This document shows, piece by piece, positions 48,516 to 60,950 of a stretch of DNA of 64,000 nucleotides (positions are counted from its first letter, which is position 1; every line of letters begins with the position of its first letter). Made by a program: the position numbers and the translations under genes. This stretch comes from Octopus bimaculoides (Eukaryota), in the NCBI RefSeq assembly GCF_001194135.2, contig NC_068985.1, positions 44,269,697 through 44,333,696 on the forward strand, read 5' to 3'. Below the pieces are notes generated by a model that was not told the origin of the DNA, did not search any database, and worked only from the letters and a program-made list of their open reading frames with translations.

Positions 48516-49329
48516 TGTATGAGTAAATGGACAGCACATTAAAATGATGCTGCTGCTTTAGTATGCATTTGGTAGAATCATAACAGCATTGGATAGAATG
48601 CCTTGTGGTATTTGTTCCAATTTTCTACACTCTGAGTTCAAATTTCACCTATATTTTTATCATCTTATAATAAATCTGCTTGTTCCTCCGTTACTTAGCC
48701 CGTCTGTAATGCTTCCACATGATTAGTTGAAGGGGGAGGGGAGGGAGAGGTGGAGGTAAGATTGTGTTTTTTTTTTTGTACTAAGTTTTTTCTCTCTGTT
48801 ACTTAGCTCATCTGTAACACTTTCACATAATTAGTTGAAGGGAAAGGTGAGAAATGAAAGAAAAAAAGAGAGAAAAAGAGGGGAAGGTGAATAATGAGGG
48901 AGAAAGAGGAAGAGTGCTGTATATTAAGTCTATAAAATTGTGCATAAAGTATATAAAGTGTATATATGAAGTGCATTAAGTAATCACCATATTTCAATTT
49001 CCTTCACCTTTCAATGATTAGCAGATGAGTGACTATCTTTTGATACAGACACAACATAGGCTACACTTTCAGGTTTTTTTTGGATAAAATTTTCAGAAAT
49101 AACCCAATAAATTTACCATTAATTCTGTGAAATATACATTGGTCCTGTTAGTTAAATATTATTAGGAATTGTATAAAAAAAATTGTTGAAATATTTTGTG
49201 TAATGTAAAAGTATAATGGATCTATTGCACATAAATTTTAACAACAAAATCTTATGTAGACACAGCCCCACAAGGGCCATGTGGACTCTGGTTGAGAATC
49301 AATTACTTTCAGGTCTGTGTGTCCTCCAA

Positions 49330-49686
49330 GTTCAACTCCTGCTTGCAGTTGTAAAAAGGAAAAAAAAAAGTGGGAGAGGGTAACAGATTCTTCAGAACCT
49401 ACCTGAAATAGTAATAAACCAAGGAAATGATTAAACAAGTATTTTTACTGATCTCTCTTCATGTCAGCTCACTGGTTGGCAAGGAAGAATGCAAGGAGAC
49501 TTCCATGTTCAAATCCTTGCTGTTGTAAAAAAAAAGGGGGGGGGAGGGGTGTGAGAAACAGATTCTTTAGAACCTGCCTGAAATGGTAACAGACCAGGGA
49601 AACACTTAAGAAATACATAAGGATTTTTATTGATCTCTCTTCATGTCAGCTCACCAGCTGGCAAGGAAGAATGCAAGAGGACTTCC
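49330..49686. repeat. Tandem duplication of a ~177-nt unique block
   Basis: ACAGATTCTT.AGAACCT.CCTGAAAT and TGATCTCTCTTCATGTCAGCTCAC..GGCAAGGAAGAATGCAAG each occur twice. Confidence 0.85.
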
Positions 49687-50449
49687 AAATCATGAGCACT
49701 CAGTGAACAAATGAAATGCTAGCACCCACATTAATGAAATTAATGATGATAATGATAATGATGATAATCAAGATTTAAGCCAGTTAATAGTGATATGGTA
49801 CAATACTATTAGCCATTTCTAATTTCATTGGTTTCATTTTTCTTCTTATCAAGCAAACACAGATATCACTGCAAGTAGCATTAGTCATTAGTTAGTGTAA
49901 CATAGCAACTATATCTTTGTATACTACAGTCATCATCGCCCCCGCACCACTGGAATTGGTTTATATTTTATGTTCTACTATAGCAGTAATAGTAGCAGTA
50001 TTAGAAGCAGAAATGGTTCCTCATCAACGTTCAGAGAAACATTTGTTTCTACTTGTTGCTTTTTTTGCCTTGCTGTCATTTTACGCAAATTACATGGATG
50101 ATCTCCATGTAAATTAACGCAAGTGTCTGATAACATTATCAATATCAGAATATAATATGCTCCCACTCATCATGATAAATTATTTGAAATATATCCTTAG
50201 TACCTTACCAGTATAATGGCTATGTCTAATGATTTAAGATTTGTATTTTCATGTCATAGGTCTGCTAGATCAATTATTCATCTATGGTATGTATGTAGGT
50301 AAGTGGGAGTGATCCATAGAGCTACTGTTTCAGATCTACTTTAACTGCCTGTAACACGTACAGGTACATCATATGGGGTACATTGCAATTTGGCAGTTTG
50401 GGTATATAATTTTTCTTGGTTTAGTCAATCTCTTTGCATAGGAATAGGT

Positions 50450-50590
50450 TGTCTTCATGTTCTGAGTTCAAAATCTGACAAGGTCAACTTTGCTTTTCAT
50501 CCTTTTGGGGTCTATTAAATAAGTACCAGTTAAGAACTGGGGTTGATGGAGTCAACTTACTCCCTCCCTCCAAATTTCAGGCCTTGTGCC

Positions 50591-50600
<10 letters not shown>
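50450..50600 (+). mobile_element. Family B SINE 3' two-thirds with (TTA)n tail
   Basis: TTCTGAGTTCAAA..TTTCAGGCCTTGTGCCTTATTATT. Confidence 0.75.
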
Positions 50601-50622
<22 letters not shown>

Positions 50623-51701
50623 TTCACTTATATTTACAAGATATCTTCCATTACTGGGAATGCATTTCTTGTCACAGTATTGAATTTGTGTAACAGTAAT
50701 CCCGTAACTTGGAAGCTGCATAGCTCTCCTTAGAAAAATCATTGCGATATGCCGTCACATCTCTTCCATTGATGCAATGAAGGTGGAATTGCCTGGTCAA
50801 TGCACATATCTTGTGGCCTCATCGCTCATCCTGATAAAATATTTCTTCGGGAGAAAATTGGATAACTTAACAACCTTTATTTCTAGCTTAAAAGATTTTG
50901 TAGGGCCCACATTACTAACAAAAACATTGATACAGTAATTAACTACGTGGTCCAGCCTTGTCACATATTATGTCGCACTAGTTCTGTTTTAAAAATTACA
51001 TTACAGATACACATGTTTACAGAAAACTCAACCACTTACATATTAATTTAGTTGCACTTCTGAATCCTCATAGTTGAAATCAGAAACCCATTATTACCTA
51101 ATATTTACTACCAGTAAAAACATCAACAACAAGGCAGTTAGCCTCTTTTCTTCAATGCTCACTATGTGATTAAGTAATACAGCTTATTAATTTTTGATAA
51201 ATAGGTAATTACTGTTATTATTTTATTAGCACAAATATGTTATTTCATCAATATGGATACTGAACAACAGTTGTATCACATTCCTGAGATTTTCCCACCG
51301 CATTCCTGACAATTACACCATATTTCATGCATAATAAACTATTTATTATTTGCAAACCTTCATATTTACAGTCAGAGAATGTAAGGCAAAATCTCTCTCT
51401 TTCCCTCTATCTGTCTGTCTATATCTACATAATCATTCATTCTTAATATGTTCCAGCAGATTTGAATGTGAATATGCAATTTGCTGTTGGGTTTGGTCTT
51501 TGGAGAACAATTCTATTTAGACATTATGGTTGACAACATTGTGTAAAGAGAGGAGTTGTTCTCTGAAGATGAAAACATAACAGCAAATAACATATTTCCA
51601 CTCAAATTTACAGGAACGTGTTGAGAATGACTAGACAGACCGTTATTTTGATTCTCGCTCTTTTGCATGCTCACAATAATTTTCTATACACTTTATATAC
51701 A

Positions 51702-51751
<50 letters not shown>

Positions 51752-52599
51752 CATGTATGTATGTATGTATGTATATGATGTATATTTCTGCTATCATATA
51801 AAGAAGATCTTGCAAGGGAGAGGTGTGAACCAACCCAACTGATCTTGCCAAATGAATAAAACCAGAGATAAGGTGGTAAAAGCCAGACTGTATGCTATCT
51901 GTGTAGCAAATTAAAAAACACGCACACACATACAAGCAAGTTAAACTAATAACGCAGATCTGATGATTGTTGGAAATGACAGTAATGGAACCAAACATGT
52001 GACAAATTTTCATACATAACTCATATCTGTTTCTGTGTCTCTCTCTCTCTCTTTCCACTCCCTTCATAACAAAATTCAGTTTTCTCTTTTAGTATTAAAT
52101 ATTAAAACAAATTTATTATCCAATATATCCTTATTTGGAATGGAAAACTAACCATTATATATTCAGAATGTAATATTGTATTTCTCAAAACAAAATCCTA
52201 TTAATAATATATTCTCTCTCTCTCACATTATTTTTTTTTTCCAAAGCAATTTTCTAAAAATCAAATAAATATTGCAATTCTGCAGATAAAATTAAAACTC
52301 GATAAACAGGTTGTGTTCGAAAACAAAAGAAAAGAACATTCTGCTAGAACATTTCAAAACGCTACCGAAATTTCATAAAACTTTAACTGAATTTTCCAGA
52401 TGTTTTAAACAAATATTCTGAAAAGTTTATTATTTGAGAATCTAAATGAAATCCCAAAGACAGAAGAATTGAACTGAATGGTCAGGAATGATTAGATTTG
52501 GACAAATAAAAAAAAGATAAGTAATGCAGAAAGTAATTTAATTTGTAGACATAAAGTATATGGAGACAGACTGACGTTGATGGAAGTGTGCAGTGTTTG

Positions 52600-53110
52600 G
52601 GTTGAGAGGTAGACAGATGGGTGGAATATATGTGAAATAGCATGGATAATAGAATAATCTGTTTAGTGGTAGCAGTAGGAGGATGAGATGGGAGTGTTAA
52701 ATTGGGAGATATAGTGGGAGTGTATAATAGAAGATGGGTGTGTGTATATTGGGACAGGAGGAAGGTGTGTTACATTCAGAGGAAAGTAGATGTATACATT
52801 GAAAGACAAGGAAGGTGTGTGTACATTGGGCACAGATGGTAGATATATGTATATATTGAAAGAGAAGATAAATGTGTGTGTTGAGAGAGGAGGTAGATAT
52901 ATGCACACATTGAGAGAGAAGATAAAAGTGTATGTTGGGGAAAGGAATGGGTGTATATTGGGGGGGGGGCAAGAATATTTAATGAAGGCGTCAGAAGGCA
53001 GGTGTGTATACTGAGAGAAAATGTAAGAGAATATATTAGGAGGGGTATAGGGTATGTATATTGACAAAGAAGGCAGCAAAAGTGTAAATGGAGAAAGTAG
53101 AGAGGAGTGT
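52600..53110. repeat. Purine-rich degenerate minisatellite (GTGTATATTG/GAGAGAAGG units)
   Basis: Direct reading. Confidence 0.6.
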
Positions 53111-53294
53111 ATATGGGAAGAAATTAAATCAACCACCCAAAATCAGGAATTGTCCCTATGATATGCTTTCATACAAGATTTTGTGTATCTAATCTCACCA
53201 TTTCAATCACAAGATTTGAGCCCAAGGTGCCATGCAATGGAACTGAACCCAAAATAAAGCATACTTGTTAATCACCCAACTTTGCACTTTGTTC

Positions 53295-53780
53295 CAACTC
53301 TTTTGATACCAACCTGCCTGGAACTGCTCCAGTGCTATGATACAAAATTCATGTTTTTAAGTGATTTAAATTAAAAAAACTTCCATCAAATTCTTTTGCT
53401 AAGTTATGTTCCAAACAAGTTTAATAATGACCAGAATATTTTACTAAGTTCTTTAACATTTTGGAGTTGCCACCCCCTTGGCACACAGGCCACATTCCTA
53501 GCACCACTCCTCTCTCATTCACCACCATAAACACAGACCATTTTCTGTAGTAAATTCAAAACAAGAGTATTTCACAAATAAAACTTAACCTAATTAACCC
53601 ATTATTTTGTTGTTTTTACATCCATTGTCTCCTTTTGGCCACCCCATTTTTTCAATGCCCTCTCCCCCTGGATCTTTCCATGGCCCTCCAAGTACCGTCC
53701 ACTTTCAAAATCACTAGTTTAACTGAAACAAATGCAATGTATTACAAAAGAAATATAGTGACAAAAGGGCCAAAGCACTA
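53295..53780 (+). mobile_element. MITE with CTTTTG.TAC / GT.ACAAAAG ends, interrupted by another fragment
   Basis: Decayed terminal inverted motifs; homology to 41770-41995. Confidence 0.45.
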
Positions 53781-54000
53781 ATCCATGAAATAAGGTGTGA
53801 TATAAGGAAGTCTTGAAGGGACTCAATAGAACACATTTGACAAAAATAAGGAACTGAATAAGCTAAAGACCTTATCTTCAGCAATGAATTGTTGCTTACT
53901 ATAAATACTAATATAATTCTACTGCTTGTTTGTCAAAAATAAGGTAAATGAACTAACCACTGAGATACAGACCTGTTTCTTGATATTTTAGTATAAAATC

Positions 54001-54152
54001 ATCGGCTGTGTGGTAAGTAGCTTGCTTACCAACCACATGGTTCTGGGTTCATTCCCGCTGCGTGGCACCTTGGGCAAATGTCTTCTACTATAGCCTTGGG
54101 CTGACCAAAGCCTTGAATGGATTTGGTAGACGGAAACTGAAAGAAGCCCGCC

Positions 54153-54214
<62 letters not shown>

Positions 54215-54422
54215 ATATGCTTGTATGTCTGTGTTTGTGCCCCCAACATCGCTTGACAACTGATGCTGGTGTGTTTACATCCCCGTAACTTAGCAGTTTG
54301 GCAACGAGACTGATAGAATAAGTACTAGGCTTACAAAGAATAAGTCCTGGGGTCGATTTGCTAGACTAAAGGCGGTGCTCCAGTATGGCCGCAGTCAAAT
54401 GACTAAAACAATTAAAAGAGTA
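54001..54422 (+). mobile_element. Full-length composite family C SINE (young)
   Basis: All modules present; internal (TA)n at 54153-54200. Confidence 0.92.
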
Positions 54423-55334
54423 AATATATAATAATAGATGTATCAATCCTTGCCTTAGGACCTCAACTTATAATGGAGTTGTTGTAGTACTGTTGTGACA
54501 TACAGCATCTTTTGGACTTAGTCAAACCCATCCCTCTCCAGATCTGATCACAGATGGCTTATTAAGGTGGAGGAAGAGAAGAAGGAAGAGGAGAAGGTAG
54601 AAGAGGAAGCACTGAACTTGGCACTGTTCTGTTGCATTACTTATTGGCTCAGAAATTATGGAAGGCAAAGCAATGCCAGGTTACCCCAGTGGAATTAGAA
54701 CACAGAACACCGATACATAAATATATAAAAACATCAACACATGTGCACATGCCTATGGGATGAAGTCATATAATATATATATGTATACACATAGGACACA
54801 TAAAGATTCCATTCAATACGTATGTAAGGTTAAATCAAGGTAGAAACTTCAATGTTCCTTCATTATCACACTGCAATTGACATACACATGCAAGCACACA
54901 TGCATGTAAGCTATATAGATAGATAGACATATCTACATACATAGCAATAGATAGATAGGCATACATACACACATATATACACATGCACATATATATATAT
55001 ATGCTTGTATATATGCAATACGCACACACATACACACAACTGTACATAATTCAGAATACATTGAGGTAAACATGTTAACTAATTATAAAATGAGTTTCCG
55101 TTGCGATTGTCTTCTTTGCAGTTTAAGGGTGTAGCAATATAAGATCTAATTAAAGAACAGGAATACCAGGTATACAACTTTAAACATACATGACTGAAGG
55201 AAAGTATTTGGGAGCCTTAGGGGAATTAAACTAGAACATGGCTGAAAAATAAGAGTGGAGTAAGGAGGGAACCTTGTCTCCATCACATACAAACACAGAC
55301 AGAAGCAAATAAACATGATTGCATATGAGAAATG

Positions 55335-55386
55335 AATATATATATATAGGTGTATGAGAGTGTATCTGTGTGTATGCCTGCATGTG

Positions 55387-55424
<38 letters not shown>

Positions 55425-55445
55425 CATATATACATATATATATAT

Positions 55446-55476
<31 letters not shown>

Positions 55477-55809
55477 CACACACATACATATATGTACATA
55501 TATATATATATACACACNNNNNNNNNNATATACATATACACACACATATATATATAAACGTATATATACAAACACATACGTACATACATATATATAATAA
55601 TATAAATAATATGTATATGCATATATTTACATGTATACACATGCATATGTGGGCACAGGATGTCACAAAACATGAACAACAAATAATACAAAGTACGAGG
55701 ACATGGAAGAAGGACTATTTTTTCGCAAGCAGCGAAAGAAACAAATGGAAAGCAAGAGAAGCAACACATCTACATATACACACACATATATGTATATATA
55801 CACACACAC

Positions 55810-55866
<57 letters not shown>

Positions 55867-56035
55867 TATATATACACATATATACACACACACATATATA
55901 TATACACACACACACACACACATATATANNNNNNNNNNACACACACACATATATATATACACATATATACACACACACATATATATATATACACACACAC
56001 ACATATATAAATACACACACACACACACACACACC
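55335..56035. repeat. Long compound (TA)n/(CA)n/(CATA)n microsatellite field
   Basis: Direct reading; two 10-N gaps. Confidence 0.9.
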
Positions 56036-56190
56036 ATCATCATCATTGTTTAACGTCCGCTTTCCATGCTGGCATGGGTTGGACAGTTTGACTGAGGAGG
56101 GGTGAGCCAAAAGGTTGCACCAGGCTCCAATCCGTCCAACCCATGCCAGCATGGAAAGCGGACGTTAAACGATGATGATGATGATGATGA
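56035..56190. mobile_element. Fold-back pair of family A 3' ends
   Basis: 56035-56084 is the reverse complement of 56134-56183 with 1 mismatch. Confidence 0.9.
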
Positions 56191-56711
56191 TGATAATATA
56201 TATATATATATATATATATGTAAATAATTAAATAAATAAATGTGTATGTGTTACACACATACAACATGTGTGCATGTGTACATCTATGTAAAATACTTGT
56301 GAATGCACATATGCACACATGGACAAAGCCACAGTTATACATACATACATATGTATGTATAACAAAGCAAAATACATGCATGTATACATATATGTATGTA
56401 TATATGCATGTGTTTTGCTTTTTGTGTTTCTTTTTTTCATACTGGCATGGATTAAACAAATGTTGCTGAGACAGATCTGAGACTGTTGGATGCGCTTTGT
56501 GTGTTGCCAAATAATGGTATTTTTTTTCCCAATCTGCAGGTCCTAATATATCAAAAGCTGAATCTACAGAACATTTACATAATGGAGAATGAAATGGAAG
56601 AAACCGTTTCTTTGCTCAGATGAAATTAACGAAATGAAATTATGGAATGACACACACACATATACATGTGTGTGTGTGTATGTGTAAATAGACACACACA
56701 CATCCTCACAA

Positions 56712-56860
56712 TGGGCTTCTTCATTTTCTGCTTACAACTTACAGAGCATTGGTTAGCCCCTGAGGTTATAATAGAAGATATGTAGCCAAAGAGGCATGCA
56801 ATGGGGTTGAACCTGGCATCACATGCTTATGAAGCAAACTCCATAATCGCAGAGCCATGT
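56712..56860 (-). mobile_element. Family C SINE 5' half (old)
   Basis: Motif match. Confidence 0.6.
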
Positions 56861-57325
56861 CTACATGTAACCAGCTTCATAACTACATAATCATATGTAT
56901 GTCGCTAGAAAGGGACAGCTGTACATCACCAGATTATAGTGATAAATGCTTGTACAACACGAGGCTGAAGTGAGATAATCTGGAGTCACATGAAACTGCA
57001 GGTTTTACAAGAGTGTGTTCTTCTTTATGGTGACCTCATTTCTCATTCCATCAACTGAAAGTCTTATTGCGATGGAAGAGTGTTGATGTGTGCAGACCTG
57101 ATCAATTGGAAGTACACAGTAAGTTACAACTTTCATCTGTCACCGATTCTTCAAACATGCAGATCTGCAACAAGACTGAATATAAGTCATCTGAGAGGTC
57201 ATGTATGGAAAGTTAGAAATATTATTGACAACGAGGAAGCACAAAGAGATGGCAATCCTCTGTGAAGATGAAGCAATCATCACGTATGCATGAATGAATG
57301 AATGTATGTATGTATGTATGTATGT

Positions 57326-57897
57326 CTCTTCTATTTTTTTAATTATTACAAATCTTCCACTGAGAAGGGAGCCGGTTTCCAACAAAGAGACAAGGCTCCA
57401 TCTTTGGGATGTAGTTAACAGACAAATTCACATTTGGAACTTGAGAAAAGTCTTGCATATCTTTACTGTTCTACTCACAGATTGCACTTGTCATGTATGA
57501 ATTAGCTGGTCAATTTCGCTTTCTGAAAATCCTGGTTTATCCAGATTCTCCTTTAAGCATTTACTAACAAAACCTAGTGCTCCTATTATTATTGGTATCA
57601 ATATGAATTCATAGTCTGGATATAGAAGCTGGAGGTTTCAAAGCAGTTGTCCATAGATATCCTCTTTTTCTTTGCTTTTCAAAGAGATATTTATATCTGT
57701 AGGGCAGCTGACATCTGTGATGGTACATACCTTTGTCCCAAACAACAATATCCAGCATATTATCTTTACATTTGAGAGAAATTTTGATGGGAATATTCCA
57801 CCAGTATTCCTTGAGCTGGTATATTCTATAACAAGATTTTCTAAGTTTATTTCAAGGCAGTCTTTTTTGTGGATGGATTTGTAAAATGTTTTTTGTT
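57326..57897 (-). mobile_element. R2-superfamily (R4/Dong-like) LINE 3' end: RLE endonuclease plus 3'UTR
   Basis: CTITDVSCPTDINISLKSKEKEDIYGQLL*NLQLLYPDYEFILIPIIIGALGFV..TVKICKTFLKF; (ATGT)n on both flanks. Confidence 0.8.
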
Positions 57898-57919
57898 TGT
57901 ATGTATGTATGTATGAATG

Positions 57920-59390
57920 AGGAGTTGCTGACCCTAATCCTACTATCTCTAGGGATCCTCCCGGACATTGGAGATTACCTATTTCCCACACACTCTTAGT
58001 GTTTATTGCACTAGTTCATTGAGAGCCATCATAGCAGCATTAAAGATTCATAGGCAATTCAAGGCACTGAAGTTTTTAATATTTATTGACAGGACGCCAT
58101 AACATATCTAGATCAGAATTAGGCCCCTAGATCTATGTGACTTGGACAACTGCTCATGGCGTCCAGATAGTTGCACTGAGTGCATCTGCCACATACTAAG
58201 TCTGCTTTCTCTCTCATCCTGCTATGCTGCCTATGCTTCCACTGCACATCTTGTGTATCCATAGTTTTCACTGGATACACTGTATCAAATTTCAACCCAC
58301 TCTTTTTCTACATATTGACCAAGGTCATTTCCTTGATATTAGCAAGGTTTTGGCTGTTTTCCTACTTACTAAGACTTTATTAAGTTAACTTTAAGGCCTT
58401 TTTATTCTAGCTTTTGCTTCCATGCCCAGATATTTTTTTCTAATTCTACTACAAATTCAGCTATAAGAATAAGGTGATCAGCATATAAGAGTTACCAGGG
58501 GCACCTAACCTTAAACTCCTCCGATACTGGCAGGAGGACTATGATAAATAGAAGGAAACTGAGCATTGGACCTTGGTAGACACTTAACTGCACACTAAAT
58601 TCATCACTGTGCTCATTGCTAACTGTCACCTTGCTAACAACATCCCTATACATGAATTGCATGGTTCTCACAAGCCATTCGTCTGCTCCTAGCTTTCTCA
58701 GCAATAACCAGATCACAGAGTGAAGATTTCAGATGAAAGCTTTCTCCATATGCCAGATACAGCAGCTTACTGGCTTACTCTTAGATACTTCTCCTGAAAT
58801 TATCTCACTAGAAAGATGGCATCAGTAGTACTTCTTGGTAACAACTGAATTGCATCTCTTCCAAATTAATTCTCTCCATAACTAAGTGATCTAGAATTCT
58901 TTCTGCTATTTTTCATAACCTGGTCTAGCAATTTGATACCCCTATAATTACCTCTCTCTAAAATGTCACCTTTGCCCTACAAACAGTTGATTCTGCTACA
59001 CCAGTCACTAAATATGATGCCTTCCTGTACAAACTGAATGATTATAAGAGTAACTAGTCCATATACTCCATCAGGTATTTTAAGCACCTCAGCATTAATT
59101 CCTGATGGACCAGATGCTTTCCATACTTTCACAGCCTTACAAGTAAAATTTGATGGATCTCAAGAATGATTTCAATATGTTGTGTACAATGTTTGCAAAG
59201 TCTTGTTGCAGGAATTTGTCACTCAAATTTCACTTTAGGTTTCATAACCATTTTTATGAAGTTTATCTTTTTTCTGATCTGTAGGTGTGTAAACTGAAAT
59301 AACTTGCTCAGAATGTCCATAAGCTAAGGTTTTCAAATTCTATATTTAGACTACATTTCTTTCATTACTTGTCTCTAGTTGTTACTCATA
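57920..59390 (-). mobile_element. RTE-clade LINE reverse transcriptase region, decayed
   Basis: ..EKAF..IWLLLRKLGADEWLVRTMQFMYRDVVSKVTVSNEHSDEFSVQLSVYQGPMLSFLLFIIVL..EEFKVRCPW; upstream GPSGINAEVLK and NYRG motifs. Confidence 0.85.
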
Positions 59391-59691
59391 AACTTACTAA
59401 ATTTCTAAACTTGCTTGGGGTATATTATCTCAAGATTTTAATATCACTGCTCTCATTTTCTTAATTTTTGAAATATCACATAACTCTGTGTACTCTAGGA
59501 AATCTACCTCAATATATTCTGTCTGATCTGAGCAAGTATGGAAAAGTGGCTGTTAAAATTATGATGATCATACACACACATACGCACACACACAAACAAA
59601 CACACACACAAACAGTAGCATGTGTATGCGATGAGAAATTCAGAGAATGAAGCTTTTTTTGAAACTATTGTGCAATGCCATGATTAAGAAA

Positions 59692-59729
<38 letters not shown>

Positions 59730-59877
59730 AATTAATGAGAATATTTTTATAAATAAACATTAAAGCCCCAAGTGAGTGATATATTTTTAGAAATTAAGAA
59801 AATCCTGAACGTAGGAGAATAGCTGTGAAAACAGCTATTCTCCTATGTTCAAAATTACATGTGTGTATGTGTGAGAG

Positions 59878-60030
59878 ACTTTTCATTTTATGTCTACCAA
59901 ATCCACCTCACAAGGCTTTGGTTAACTCAGGGCTATAGTAGAAGAGACTTGCCCAAGGTGACACATGGTAGAACTGAATCTGAAACCATGTGGATGGGAA
60001 GCAAACTTCTCAAACACAGTCATACCTGCA
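59878..60030 (-). mobile_element. Family C SINE 5' half
   Basis: CCAAATCCACCTCACAAGGCTTTGG..GGGAAGCAAACTTC. Confidence 0.7.
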
Positions 60031-60534
60031 TCTTACATGCGTGTGTGTGTGCATGCGTGTCTGTAAGTGCCTTTTGCCCAGTCAGACTTGTTTGTAGAAG
60101 ACATGTCAAAGGAGTTCATTGAGGCCAATCCTGTTACACTATGAACTGAGCACTTCTCTGGATCATTACTCAACAGTACACACTTGCACATGCACATGTA
60201 TGTGTCTGTTTCTATATATCTTGTGTGTACGGTTAGATGTATGGCCACTACAATGAGTTAAAGCTCCATGTAAACAATCATTATCCATTCAGCTTCCAGT
60301 ACGGTGGTTAGTCAACCATTATACTTAACAGTGTTGCTAGTTATGATATATGCAGAGCAACATTAAGTGCATATACAGAGCAACATTAAGATAAACACAT
60401 TGCAGTAGTTCAGACTTAGCATTGGATGTTCTAAGTGCATTTTGGTTGCCTACCCTGATGATCCATTGCAGTTATGCATCCAAATGCATTTGAAACATTC
60501 AGTGTTGAGTTTCAGACAAAAGCAATGCTGAAAT

Positions 60535-60950
60535 CATCATCATCATCGTTTAACGTCTGTTTTCCATGGGTTGGATGGTTTGACTTAGGTCTGGAAAACC
60601 AGCGGCTGCACCAGGTTCCAACCTGATCTGGCAAGGTTTCTACAGCTGGATGCCCTTCCTAATACCAACGACTCCGAGCGTGTAGTGGGTGCTTTTTATG
60701 TGCCACTGGAATGGGAACCAATCAGGTGGGCCTGGCATCGATCACATTCGGATAGTGCTTTTTTTATGTGCCACCAACATGAGAGACAGTCAGAGGGCAC
60801 TGTAATTGGCCATGCTTGGTTGGTGCTTTTTACATACCACCAGCATGGGAGCCAGTCAGGCAGACCTGGCATTGATCACGTTTGGATGGTGCTTTTTGCA
60901 TGCCACCATCATGAGAGCCAGTCAGGGGGCACTAGCATCGACCATGTTTG
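60535..60950 (-). mobile_element. Family A 3'UTR with about five older hairpin units
   Basis: GAGCCAGTCAGG..CTGGCATTGATCAC..GGATGGTGCTTTT periodicity. Confidence 0.8.

Noticed and set aside
49896-49910. RFX X-box-like GTAACATAGCAAC (half site also at ~149)
   Set aside because: Short, imperfect and with no defined promoter nearby
50258-50284. 27-nt exon GLLDQLFIY with a GTATGT donor
   Set aside because: The acceptor overlaps GTCATAGGTCTGCT, a Nin-like SINE tail motif
50640-50870. Higher-complexity stretch as an exon or LINE ORF
   Set aside because: Stops in all frames next to candidate splice sites and no motif recognised
51960-51986. CTGATGA..GAAA as a hammerhead (also CTGATGA at 5927, 11864, 33241, 60455)
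   Set aside because: No stem II or stem I/III pairing
55146-56152. Ile/Tyr, His/Thr and Cys/Val-rich ORFs (also 6591, 20809, 26588, 27116, 43898)
   Set aside because: Translations of dinucleotide microsatellites
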